A stretch of DNA of 64,000 nt from Dehalococcoidia bacterium (lineage in GTDB: Bacteria > Chloroflexota > Dehalococcoidia > Plut-88900), in assembly GCA_965116945.1 (NCBI GenBank), contig OZ220734.1:158980-222979 (forward strand), read 5' to 3'. The notes under the pieces are model-generated. The model was not told the origin of the DNA. It worked only from the letters and a program-made list of their open reading frames with translations, and ran no database searches. Made by a program: the position numbers and the translations under genes. Below, one piece after another: positions 1 to 9,108 of this stretch (its first letter is position 1; the number at the start of each line of letters is the position of its first letter).

Positions 1-973
1 GGCAATTCAACGCCTGACTTCGGATGTAGTCTCCGAAACGACCTCAGCGATTGTTCCGCTCCCGAGCGATGACATGAAGGGTAGGCTGATAGGGCGGGAG
101 GGGCGGAACATCCGGGCGCTGGAACGGGCCACGGGTGTGGACCTGATCATAGACGACACCCCGGAGGCCGTAACCCTTTCGACGTTCGACCCCGTTCGGC
201 GCGAGGTGGCGAAGGTCGCCGTGGCCAAACTGGTGAGCGACGGAAGGATACACCCGGCCCGAATAGAGGACATAGTGCAGAAGACGCAGGTGGAGGTGGA
301 GGAGGGGATGAAGACCTCCGGGCAGGAAGCGCTGTACGAACTCGGGATCACGGGCTTTCACCCGGACCTAGTAAAGCTGGTGGGACAGTTGAAGTTCCGA
401 TACAGCTATGGCCACAACATTCTTAAACATTCCGTAGAAGTTGCACACCTGGCCGGGATGATAGCCTCCGAAATCGGGGCTAACGTGGACATAGCCAAGA
501 AGGCAGGGCTTCTCCACGACATTGGCAAAGCTCTTACGCACGAGGTGCAGGGCGGCCATGCCGAGATCGGCGCAGACATTGCCCGGAAATACCACATCCG
601 AACAGAGGTAGTGAAGGCCGTAGAAGAGCACCACGAAGAAGACAGGGTGAACGTGGAAGCGTTCATAGTGGCTGCAGCGGATGCGATAAGCGGCGCGAGG
701 CCAGGAGCCCGTCGGGACAGCGTGGAAAACTACATCAAGCGTCTCCGTGCGCTGGAAGACGTGGCCAACAGCTTCGATGGGGTGCACAAGTCATTCGCCA
801 TACAGGCAGGGCGCGAGATCCGGATTATGGTCCAACCGGACAAGGTGGACGATATAGGGGCGTCCCGGCTGGCGCGAGAAGTGGTCAAGAAGATCGAAGA
901 TGAACTGGTCTACCCGGGCGAGATCAAAGTGACGGTCGTGCGGGAGACTCGGGCTCTGGGGACTGCACGCTGA
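1..973 (+). CDS. rny: Ribonuclease Y, C-terminal ~320 aa (5' end lies upstream of the window)
   Basis: The frame of ORF 74..973 stays open back to nt 2. KH-domain signature [29 protein letters not shown] is followed by an HD domain ([15 protein letters not shown] ... LLHDIGKA), which is the RNase Y architecture. Confidence 0.9.
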   Translation, partial: AIQRLTSDVVSETTSAIVPLPSDDMKGRLIGREGRNIRALERATGVDLIIDDTPEAVTLSTFDPVRREVAKVAVAKLVSDGRIHPARIEDIVQKTQVEVEEGMKTSGQEALYELGITGFHPDLVKLVGQLKFRYSYGHNILKHSVEVAHLAGMIASEIGANVDIAKKAGLLHDIGKALTHEVQGGHAEIGADIARKYHIRTEVVKAVEEHHEEDRVNVEAFIVAAADAISGARPGARRDSVENYIKRLRALEDVANSFDGVHKSFAIQAGREIRIMVQPDKVDDIGASRLAREVVKKIEDELVYPGEIKVTVVRETRALGTAR

Positions 974-1073
974 TCGTCTCGGCTGTATCCTAGTCCACCT
1001 CACACCGGATCTTGACCATGAGGATTTTAGCTACAGAGGAGTGCGCGAACACCTTCAGAAACAGGAGGATTCG

Positions 1074-1841
1074 ATGCGCGTCCTGATGATCGGAGACATA
1101 GTAGGGAAGCCGGGAAGGCGCGCTGTCAGCACTCTGTTGCCTTCTATCAAGAACGAGTACGGCGTCGACTTCGTTGTGGCGAATGGTGAAAACAGCGCCG
1201 GGGGCTTCGGGATCACGCCCCAGACCGCCGAACATCTGATGTCGGCTGGGGTGGATGTGATCACGACGGGGAACCACATCTGGGACCAACAAGAGATAGT
1301 TCCCTACCTTGACACGGATGCTCCGATTCTTCGACCACTGAACTTTCCGCCAGACTTGCCGGGCCGCGGGTGTGTGATAGTGCAGGACGTGCTGGTGGTC
1401 AACTTGATTGGACGGGTGTTCATGAAGGACTACGATTGCCCGTTCAGGGCAATGGATGGTCTGTTGAACGGGTCCCGGGAGCTGCCTAAGGTAACACTGG
1501 TGGACTTCCACGGAGAGGCGACGTCCGAGAAGGGGGCAATTGGCTGGTACCTGAACGGTCGGGTGAGCGCGGTGGTGGGCACGCATACGCACGTGGGAAC
1601 GGTTGATACGATGATCCTCCCAGAAGGTACGGCGTACGTAACGGACTTAGGGATGGTCGGGCCTTCGGAGTCGATAATTGGCGACGATCCACCGCCGATC
1701 ATCGAGCGGTTTCTTACGCAGATGAACCAGAGAATGAGCGTGGCCAAGGGCCCGGTGCGATTCAGTTCGGTGCTGATAGACATCGACGGGTCGACGGGGA
1801 AGGCAACTGCAATACAACGAATCGACAGATCGATAGACTGA
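1074..1841 (+). CDS. ymdB: YmdB-family metallophosphoesterase (2',3'-cyclic-nucleotide phosphodiesterase family)
   Basis: MRVLMIGDIVGKPGRRAV ... VVANGENSAGGFGIT ... TTGNHIWD ... GTHTHV motifs. ATG at 1074 is preceded by AGGAGG (1063-1068). It lies directly downstream of rny, as in Bacillus-type genomes. Confidence 0.85.
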   Translation: MRVLMIGDIVGKPGRRAVSTLLPSIKNEYGVDFVVANGENSAGGFGITPQTAEHLMSAGVDVITTGNHIWDQQEIVPYLDTDAPILRPLNFPPDLPGRGCVIVQDVLVVNLIGRVFMKDYDCPFRAMDGLLNGSRELPKVTLVDFHGEATSEKGAIGWYLNGRVSAVVGTHTHVGTVDTMILPEGTAYVTDLGMVGPSESIIGDDPPPIIERFLTQMNQRMSVAKGPVRFSSVLIDIDGSTGKATAIQRIDRSID

Positions 1842-1844
1842 ACA

Positions 1845-2666
1845 TTGCACGTAGACTTACATAGCCACACTACCGTTTCAGATGGGGTGCTCAGTCCGGA
1901 GGAGTTGGTCGACCACGCGGCCCACAAGGGGCTTCGTTTCCTGGCGATTACGGACCATGACGCCACGGACGGCCTGAAAAACGCCATTAAGCGGGCCAAA
2001 CGACATCCTTCGCTGAAACTGATTCCCGGAGTCGAGCTGAGCGCGGACGTGAAAGGGAGCGAGGTGCACATTCTCGGATACCTGGACAAGTATGAAGATG
2101 CGGAATTCCAAGAGGAGATGAGGAAGTTTAGAGACGGCCGAGTGGGTCGGGCAAAGAGGATGGTGGAAAAGCTAAATGGCCTGGGTTTGGAGGTGGGGTG
2201 GGAGAGGGTGAAGGAGATTGCGGGGGATGGGGCGGTGGGGAGACCGCACGTTGCGCAGGCGCTAGTCGAAAGAGGTCAAGTGGAGTCGGTGCAGGAGGCG
2301 TTTGACCTGTATTTGGGTAACAGAAGACCTGCGTACGTAAGTCGGGAGAAGCTGACTCCGGGCGATGCGATAGGGTTGATACAGTCAGTAGGGGGGAAGG
2401 CGGTGCTGGCGCACCCGAGCTTTACGCGGAATGTCGAGTCTTTGCTGCCTAAAATGAAGGCGGAAGGGCTTGCGGGCATGGAAGTGTACTACGCCAGATA
2501 CACTCCGGAGATGACTGCACGAATGAAGCGACTAGCGGACGAACACGAACTGATACCCTGCGGGGGTAGTGACTATCACGGCCCGGGGTTGGGGCCCGAT
2601 ATCGACCTGGGAGAAGTGGACGTGCCGGAGTCATCGGTGCGCAGGCTGCTGGGAGACGGGGGCTAG
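1845..2666 (+). CDS. PHP-domain phosphoesterase (TrpH/YciV-like)
   Basis: N-terminal HVDLHSHTTVSDG, ITDHD, and C-terminal GGSDYHG motifs typical of the PHP metal-dependent phosphoesterase fold. TTG start. Confidence 0.75.
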   Translation: MHVDLHSHTTVSDGVLSPEELVDHAAHKGLRFLAITDHDATDGLKNAIKRAKRHPSLKLIPGVELSADVKGSEVHILGYLDKYEDAEFQEEMRKFRDGRVGRAKRMVEKLNGLGLEVGWERVKEIAGDGAVGRPHVAQALVERGQVESVQEAFDLYLGNRRPAYVSREKLTPGDAIGLIQSVGGKAVLAHPSFTRNVESLLPKMKAEGLAGMEVYYARYTPEMTARMKRLADEHELIPCGGSDYHGPGLGPDIDLGEVDVPESSVRRLLGDGG

Positions 2667-2678
2667 AAGGGGGATAGG

Positions 2679-3122
2679 GTGACCGGGACGGAACTTTCGG
2701 CGCAGGAGATCCAGGAGCTATTGCCTCACAGGTGGCCATTTCTGATGGTAGACCGGATAGTGGAACTGAAGCCCGGGGCACGGGCGGTGGGGTTAAAGAA
2801 CGTGAGCATCAACGAGCCGTTCTTCCAAGGTCACTTCCCTGGTTACCCAATCATGCCGGGCGTCCTTATCGTGGAGGCATTGGCACAGGTGGGCTCGGTG
2901 GCGCTGTTGAGCCTTGAAGGGAATCGAGGGAAGGTGGGGTACTTTGCCGGGATAGATTCGTTCCGGTTCCGCAAGCCGGTGAGGCCGGGGGACGTGCTGG
3001 TGATGGATGTCTCCCTAGAGCGGATGAGGGGGGCGGTGGGGAAGGCTAAGGCGGAGGCCAAGGTAGAGGGAAAGACTGTGGCGTCGGGGGAGTTGACGTT
3101 CGCGCTGGGCGACCTGGCGTAG
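2679..3122 (+). CDS. fabZ: 3-hydroxyacyl-ACP dehydratase FabZ
   Basis: [16 protein letters not shown] ... [26 protein letters not shown] hot-dog fold signature with the catalytic His. 147 aa. Confidence 0.9.
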   Translation: MTGTELSAQEIQELLPHRWPFLMVDRIVELKPGARAVGLKNVSINEPFFQGHFPGYPIMPGVLIVEALAQVGSVALLSLEGNRGKVGYFAGIDSFRFRKPVRPGDVLVMDVSLERMRGAVGKAKAEAKVEGKTVASGELTFALGDLA

Positions 3123-3155
3123 CTCAGACAACACCGGTTCGCAATACGTGACGCC

Positions 3156-3662
3156 ATGCAGTGCGCTACTCATCCGAACGTAGAGACGTACCTCAGTTGC
3201 AGCAAGTGCGATAAGGCTATTTGCCCAAAGTGCCTTGTGCACACGCCTGTCGGGGCGAGGTGCAAGAAGTGTGCGAACGTACGGCGATCACCCATCTATG
3301 ATGTAGGCAAGGTTTACTACCTGAAGGCTTCGGGCGCGGGGCTAGGGCTTGCACTAGCGGGAGGGGTAGTGTGGGCTCTGCTGCGTGGAATACCTTTTGC
3401 GTCCATAATCACGTCGATCATGGTGGGTGTGGCGATTGGGGAGGGGATATCGCGGGTGGCCAATCGGAAGAGGGGGGTTGGGCTGCAGGTGATTGCGGCG
3501 ATAAGTGTGATTGCGAGCGGTTTTTCGGGGAAGGCAATACAGGCGGCGTTCTTTTACGACCTGTCGGGGCAGGGGTTCAGGGCGTATGTGTTGTCGGTGG
3601 ATGTGTTCCTCCTGTTGTTCCTGGGTGTGGGGGTGTTCTATGCGGTGGGGAGGTTGAGGTAG
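3156..3662 (+). CDS. Membrane protein with N-terminal Cys-rich zinc-ribbon/B-box-like motif
   Basis: CATHP..CSKCDKAICPKCLVHTP..ARCKKC is followed by several hydrophobic helices. No function can be assigned. Confidence 0.5.
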   Translation: MQCATHPNVETYLSCSKCDKAICPKCLVHTPVGARCKKCANVRRSPIYDVGKVYYLKASGAGLGLALAGGVVWALLRGIPFASIITSIMVGVAIGEGISRVANRKRGVGLQVIAAISVIASGFSGKAIQAAFFYDLSGQGFRAYVLSVDVFLLLFLGVGVFYAVGRLR

Positions 3663-3874
3663 ACGAAGGCCCGACCACTCACCGTGACCCATAGGTAGCG
3701 AAAACTCCAAGCCGGACTCTTCGCGGGGTATATGAGTGTCATGGTCGCAGGGGTTGGTGGGGTTAATTGTAGAGACTCAGAGGCAGGGTTCACGGGCTCG
3801 GTTCTTAGACGAGTCGATGAGGGTCAAAAGAGATTTGACTGCCTCAGCAGGTCGGGCGTAAAGTAGCGGAAGGT

Positions 3875-3949
3875 GCGGGCGTAACTCAGCGGTAGAGTGT
3901 CTGCTTCCCAAGCAGGAGGTCGAGGGTTCGAATCCCTTCGCCCGCTCCA
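3875..3949 (+). tRNA. tRNA-Gly (anticodon CCC), CCA encoded
   Basis: A hand-folded 75-nt cloverleaf. Acceptor GCGGGCG/CGCCCGC, D stem ACTC/GAGT, anticodon stem TCTGC/GCAGG with loop TTCCCAA, T arm GAGGG-TTCGAAT-CCCTT, discriminator U, then CCA. Confidence 0.9.
3901..3949. repeat. attL core: 49-bp exact direct repeat, tRNA-Gly nt 28 to the 3' CCA
   Basis: ctgcttcccaagcaggaggtcgagggttcgaatcccttcgcccgctcca is identical base for base at 60611-60659. Confidence 0.85.
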
Positions 3950-3981
3950 AACGTGCCTTCTTCGTAGCTAAATCGCCGACG

Positions 3982-4010
3982 AGACCGTCAAAACGGACGG
4001 TCTTTTTTTC
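3982..4010 (+). terminator. Rho-independent terminator downstream of tRNA-Gly
   Basis: Stem AGACCGTC (3982-3989) pairs with GACGGTCT (3996-4003), followed by a run of T. Confidence 0.6.
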
Positions 4011-4070
4011 GGCCCGTTTGTTAATCCGACACCCTGCCTTTTTCAGGCTACGGATGCCATCCTTCAATGC

Positions 4071-5183
4071 TTGACTCGCAGACACTTCTCGTTGGGAGGA
4101 CAAGTAACTACCATGAACGGGCATCGATCCATACGTGCTGGCACAATGCAGAATTTCGATATTACGACGCTGATCAATCACTTCGAAGTGCACAACCGTA
4201 CCGAGGGGAAATCCCCCAGGACAGTTGGGTGGTACAACGAGGTCCTCGGGTTGTTCCTTGACTGGCTAACAAAGAACGGTCTATCGACGGGCCTTGACCA
4301 GATCGGGGAGCCCGAAGTGCGGAGCTTCGTGCTTCATCTTCAACAGACCCCCGGCCGAACCGGCAAGCCGCAATCATCGCACTCGATAAACAATCGTGTC
4401 AGGGCATTGCGAGCCTTCTTCGCCTGGATGGACAGGAAAGGGTTTACCGAGATAAATCGGCTGAAGGACATGCGGCCCCCGAAGACCGTGGAACGAGTGA
4501 TAGAGCCCCTCACGGAAGCCGAAATTAACGCCGTCCTAACCTCCATCAATGCCAGCACCGTTCTCGGATCCAGAAACTACGCTATTCTCTCCCTTATGCT
4601 AGACACCGGTCTACGTCTTTCGGAGACCGCAAACCTGATGACGGGCGATGTCCACCTGGAAGATCGCTACGTCAAGGTGCTGGGAAAGGGTTCGAAGGAG
4701 AGGTTTGTGGCTTTCGGAGCAGCATGTCAGAGATCACTCATCGATTACTCCATGCACTTCCGGGTTGAGCCAGCTCACGACCGCATAGTGGAGTATTTCC
4801 TTGGCATCGACGGATACCCGCTGAGCCCCGCCGGTGTAAAGTCGTTTATAACGAGAGTCGGCAGGTCCGCCGGGGTCCCCAGGCTACATCCCCACCTCCT
4901 GCGGCACACATATGCAACATCGTTCCTGATAAACGGTGGTGATGCGTTCCTGCTTAAGCAGAATCTCGGCCACAGCACCCTGTCAATGGTGGAGAACTAT
5001 CTGCACATCGCCAGCAGGCTCGCAGCGGTCAGGAGCCAGTCCTTTTCTCCCCTGGATCGATTGAACGTCCAGAGAGATAGACGCTTTAGACACGGTTTCA
5101 GGGGAGGCAAGGGCCGGAACGGGATGAATGGACGCATCTACCCCAACGCCGGGCGGGGGCGTTCGACATACGGCAGGTCATAG
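4071..5183 (+). CDS. Tyrosine site-specific integrase (XerC/D-phage integrase family)
   Basis: Catalytic R..HxxR..Y set visible: LDTGLRLSE, HPHLLRHTYATSF, LGHSTLSMVENYLH. N-terminal SAM-like core-binding region. Adjacent to tRNA/attL. The real start may be an internal Met at 4113 or 4146. Confidence 0.85.
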   Translation: MTRRHFSLGGQVTTMNGHRSIRAGTMQNFDITTLINHFEVHNRTEGKSPRTVGWYNEVLGLFLDWLTKNGLSTGLDQIGEPEVRSFVLHLQQTPGRTGKPQSSHSINNRVRALRAFFAWMDRKGFTEINRLKDMRPPKTVERVIEPLTEAEINAVLTSINASTVLGSRNYAILSLMLDTGLRLSETANLMTGDVHLEDRYVKVLGKGSKERFVAFGAACQRSLIDYSMHFRVEPAHDRIVEYFLGIDGYPLSPAGVKSFITRVGRSAGVPRLHPHLLRHTYATSFLINGGDAFLLKQNLGHSTLSMVENYLHIASRLAAVRSQSFSPLDRLNVQRDRRFRHGFRGGKGRNGMNGRIYPNAGRGRSTYGRS

Positions 5184-5472
5184 GAAGCTGCGTATTGAGC
5201 CTCCCCACTTCGGGCTAGTCGGCTGAAGGGTATTCGATCTTCCCAACACCGAGCGGGTATTCCACCATTTCGGTCAGATCGGCGACCTGCTCCATGCATT
5301 CGGCCTTCCTCGGATGTGCGGCGGTATCAACAGCCAATCCTTGAACCGTCAAACATTCGCTATCTTTCTACTGGATGAAGACGTAGCCGTATCCCATCCG
5401 ACAGTGTCGTTTCCTTAGCGATTCCGCGGCCTTCGTTCTGCGGTACCGTTGAACCACCAGGCGTTTCCAGGA

Positions 5473-5742
5473 TTAAGCGGGCCTACCCCGCCGTCTGAAA
5501 GGCGCGTACCCAGCAGACAACAGCAGCTCGTCCACATCGTCAATTTCCACGGCATCCGAGTTATGGGCGAGGGCGAACCCCAGCATCAGCACAACATCGC
5601 GGCTTGGGTTAGCTTTTTCGCCGGTCTCAAGCCTCAGGATGTAGGCCTGGTCTATTCCACTGTATTGGGCAACCCGGTACTTGGACTTCCGAGCCTTTTC
5701 TCGAAGCATCCTCAACTTCTCTGAAAATCTATTCATAGCCAC
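5473..5742 (-). CDS. XRE-family helix-turn-helix transcriptional regulator
   Basis: FSEKLRMLREKARKSKYRVAQYSGIDQAYILRLETGEKANPSRDVV is a classic HTH_3/Cro-CI pattern. 89 aa. Confidence 0.75.
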   Translation of the reverse strand: MAMNRFSEKLRMLREKARKSKYRVAQYSGIDQAYILRLETGEKANPSRDVVLMLGFALAHNSDAVEIDDVDELLLSAGYAPFRRRGRPA

Positions 5743-6958
5743 TCCATTTCGTATGTCATCCTCATGGGTGCCTGATTAGAATCTCGACTTCCATTTGAAG
5801 GAGGCGGTTACCCTCACTGTCTGTAACTAAAACCCTCTAGTTCGACCAAGTCCTTTCTGCCATAGGGACCTTTCTCCAAAAGAAAAAGCCGGTCACGGAC
5901 TGGCTGAATTATTTTCAGCCAAGGCCTAGCCGACTTGTCCAGAATCGCCTTCCCAAAAGGCGAACCGCGGCAGTCACATTGCCTGTGGTAGTGTGCTTGC
6001 CGACATTTAGGTGGCTAAGAAAGCGTACTCTGAAAAGCGTGACATGTCAATTAAGGAGCAAGACATAGAGTTATGAGCTCTGGTCTGGAAAGTGAGGCTT
6101 GCCCACGCCGCCTGTTTCAGCTAACTCTCTAATTCAACCAAATGCTTACTTTCAGAGAGACCCGATAAGGCAGACCGCCAGGCACGTGAGCGAGATGACA
6201 CCTGAGGAGGCGGAGAAGGCATCTTAGGGTGGCTACACGAGTCAGAGGCCGGTGTAAGGGACGCTTTGAAGGCAGTCTGGTCTGCATATTCCTGGTTGCT
6301 GAGTCAGGAGGCATGTCGAACATTGAGGGAGTCGCAGGAGGGCGATTGGATACCCGAACCCACACTAGGTTATCGAGCGGCCCCCTTTGCCGATGCGAGT
6401 GGGGAGCCGTCCAATGCCCGACCCCCTTGGTACCGGCCTAGTAATGCCTTCGGCAACTGCCCTTCGTTGTCACTGTCGGCCCCCGACCATCCGCTCGTTC
6501 CGTCTGCCTTTGCTTCGTTCCTTAGCTTCCGCCGCGAGAACGAGGCGAAAAGCCCGCTCATTTCATCCACCTAGCAACTACATCTATGGTCACACAAGTC
6601 ATAGGCAACTGCCCGTCAGCAGCGTATCGGTTCAAGTCTTCGAGAACTTCAGGCCGGACCGCAAGGTCCATGTGCTTCATCTCATCGGGGCTGAGGAATC
6701 CCAAAGCCTGAGCATAACCGCTTTGAACTCTCCCCCTTGCGAACCCCGGGCATACGTAGGGTTTACCCTACCCCCCTCCCCGTTTAAGAATGGGGGATAG
6801 CATCGCTGCCATTCCAATCTAGCTTTGTCGCAAGCCGTCACTTTCAAATGGACGCCCTTTGTTGTAAATGCTCGTTCATATATTTTCATAAACCCTACAG
6901 CCTTCCACCTAGCTTGTCCCAGAGGGAAGTGCAAAACTCCCTAATTGACCCAAACAGC

Positions 6959-6991
6959 AAGGCCCCCTGCCGACAGCGGCAAGGGGGCCTT
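6959..6991 (-). terminator. GC-rich hairpin just downstream of the 7014..7748 gene
   Basis: aaggccccctgcc-gaca-gcggcaagggggcctt forms a stem with one bulge. The U-tract on the minus strand is only weak. Confidence 0.4.
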
Positions 6992-7013
6992 CATTCGGCT
7001 TTCGTTGCCCTGT

Positions 7014-7748
7014 CTATGGGGTTGTCCCGCAGTTAGGACTCAATAGCTGATAGACAGCCAATAGTCGGGCATTCAACGCATCCTCTTTGGCAATCACGGA
7101 ATGGACATCTTCCCGTATGGCTATCCAGACGGCATCTGACAAGTCCTGTTCCCTTAACACCTCGATTATCTTGCCGTCCCGCCCTTCAGGGTCCGGAGGA
7201 ACCTCAAAGCCCTGACCTCTAAGGGATGCTGCCAGCCGCGTCATTGCAAGATTTTTGAGGCGAAGGGCATCATTTGCGTCATCGGTAGCGTCATATATCT
7301 CTCGGGCCTCGCTGGATGCGCCAGGAAGGATCACTAATTGCCGAGAATTAAGGCCGCTCCCAAGTTCAACTGTCATGTCGCCCGTAATGTCACCAGACAC
7401 CAACTCAAGGCCGTCAACAGCCGCTAGTTGACGGCTAATCCCCGGTGACCCTCCCATTTCTTCATAGCATCGGTCAATGGCAGTAAAGACTGGCGTCGGG
7501 CCGGTGGTCAGGTCCTCCCGCAAGTCTGACAATTCCTGTTGGGGCGGCATGGTAGGCGTGGGTATGGGGGTAGCGGTGGGTGTAGGTCTGGGGGTTGGAG
7601 TAGCGGTTGGCTGTGGAGTGGGGGTCGCGTTGGTGCAGGCCGTGATGATGACGATTATCCCCAATGACAAGATACTCCAAATGGCCTTTGCGCTAGTGCT
7701 CAAAATGGAACCCCCTTGTTGGCTGGTCGGGCTTGAGACACTTGCCAA
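7014..7748 (-). CDS. Putative lipoprotein/secreted protein with Pro-Thr-rich linker
   Basis: A hydrophobic N-terminal segment ends in IITAC (lipobox-like Cys), followed by TPTPQPTATPTPRPTPTATPIPTPT. No recognisable catalytic domain. Confidence 0.55.
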   Translation of the reverse strand: MASVSSPTSQQGGSILSTSAKAIWSILSLGIIVIITACTNATPTPQPTATPTPRPTPTATPIPTPTMPPQQELSDLREDLTTGPTPVFTAIDRCYEEMGGSPGISRQLAAVDGLELVSGDITGDMTVELGSGLNSRQLVILPGASSEAREIYDATDDANDALRLKNLAMTRLAASLRGQGFEVPPDPEGRDGKIIEVLREQDLSDAVWIAIREDVHSVIAKEDALNARLLAVYQLLSPNCGTTP

Positions 7749-7919
7749 AGCAATCCCAGTCGACGCGGGTCGCCATCAAGGGGGCGCGGGGTCTCGCTCC
7801 CGACACCAGCGAAACCGCGCGGGCCCCTGAGATTGCTTTGGCGGCGTGAGTCTACCACAGTTTTGTATATCGGAGAGCTATCCATTTGGAGCCGTGTTGT
7901 ACTCGTCCAGAAAGAAGGG

Positions 7920-8948
7920 TGACACCTAGAGTGATGTCATGATGAGGATAGTAGACGGAACAGTAAGCAGGGCAAAGGCATTAGGTAAGCAGAGGGATTT
8001 ATCCAGGGAGGGGAAACGGAGGTTGGCATGGTTTGACCATTACGAAGGGCACGGGCGGAATGCATCTCTAACGTGTCGTTACTTTGGGATAAGCCGGCAG
8101 ACCTTTTACAAGTGGAAGGGGAGGTACGATCGAAGGCGTCTGGAAAGCTTGGAAGGGAGGTCACCCCGGCCCCGGAGGGTGAGGCAGCCCACGTGGAGCA
8201 GGGAACTGGTGCGAGCTGTGCTGGAGATGAGGGAGGAAAGGCCCAGATTGGGTAAGGACAAGTTGGTAGTCCTGCTAAGGGAGAAGGGATGGGAAGTGTC
8301 CACGTCAATGGTGGGAAGGATACTGAAGGCGTTGAAGGATAGAGGAGTGTTGAGGGAGCCGCCGATCAACGGGGTATCGGCCCGCAAGAGGATGCGCCAA
8401 CGCCCCTATGCGGTGCGCAAGCCTAAAGGATATAGCGTGGCCGAGCCGGGGGACCTGGTAGAGGTGGTCACCCTGGACCTGAGGCCTCTGCCTGGGGTGA
8501 TACTGAAGCACTTTACCGCCAGGGACCTGAGCAGCCGCTGGGATGTGATAGGGGTGTACACCCGGGCCACCGCCGTAACGGCCACGTCCTTCCTGGGGCA
8601 GGTGAGGGAGAGGATGCCCTTCAAGGTCAGTGCCATACAGGTAGATGGAGGCAGCGAGTTCTATGCCCAATTCGAAGATACCTGCAAGGAGTTGGGCATA
8701 CGCCTCTTCGTACTTCCTCCCCGCTCTCCCAAGCTCAATGGTCATGTGGAAAGAGCCCAGCGTACCCACACGGAGGAGTTCTATGAGATCTACGACGGCG
8801 ATCTCGATATGGCCTCTCTCAACCATGCCCTTCGCAACGGGAGAAGGTCTACAATACCATCCGACCTCACCAGTCCCTCGGCTACCTCACCCCCCTTCAG
8901 TTCCTACGACAAAACTACACCCTAAAGAAGAACCTTGTGTGTCACTAA
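7920..8948 (+). mobile_element. IS481-family-like insertion sequence (about 1 kb)
   Basis: A single DDE/rve transposase gene. Short terminal inverted match TGACAC (7920-7925) / GTGTCA (8939-8944). Boundaries are approximate. Confidence 0.5.
7939..8948 (+). pseudogene. IS481-type DDE transposase, frameshifted near codon ~300
   Basis: N-terminal HTH, then the rve core (HFTARDLSSRWDVIG ... IQVDGGSEF ... PRSPKLNGHVERAQRT). The conserved C-terminus EKVYNTIRPHQSLGYLTPLQFL is read in a different frame from about 8838 (stop at 8946-8948), while the annotated frame runs on to 8925. Confidence 0.7.
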
Positions 8949-9108
8949 TCTGCTGGACTAGTACATCCACTTGTTGCCCCGTTGGGAACCACGTAGAATC
9001 CAACGGACTGCGAGAATTTACATACCCTAGGTGGATTGTTACAAGTAACACCCTACTTTGAGACAAAAACACTAAAGCCCTTGGCCAACCAATATAGCCT
9101 TCAGGCAA

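Noticed and set aside
3777-4193. 138-aa minus-strand ORF (and its look-alikes 34919..35296 and 60364..60705)
   Set aside because: They read straight through the tRNA-Gly gene and att repeats. The shared peptide ERAKGFEPSTSCLGS is simply the translated tRNA. The similarity between them reflects the DNA repeats, not a gene family.
6129-6934. Several 60-140 aa ORFs in the 5.75-7.0 kb gap
   Set aside because: They are mutually overlapping in different frames, have odd composition (Arg/Pro/Ser-rich), and show no RBS or motifs. The region looks like decayed non-coding DNA. A short in-frame stretch near 6560-6720 (minus strand) may be a gene remnant, but it is too short to call.
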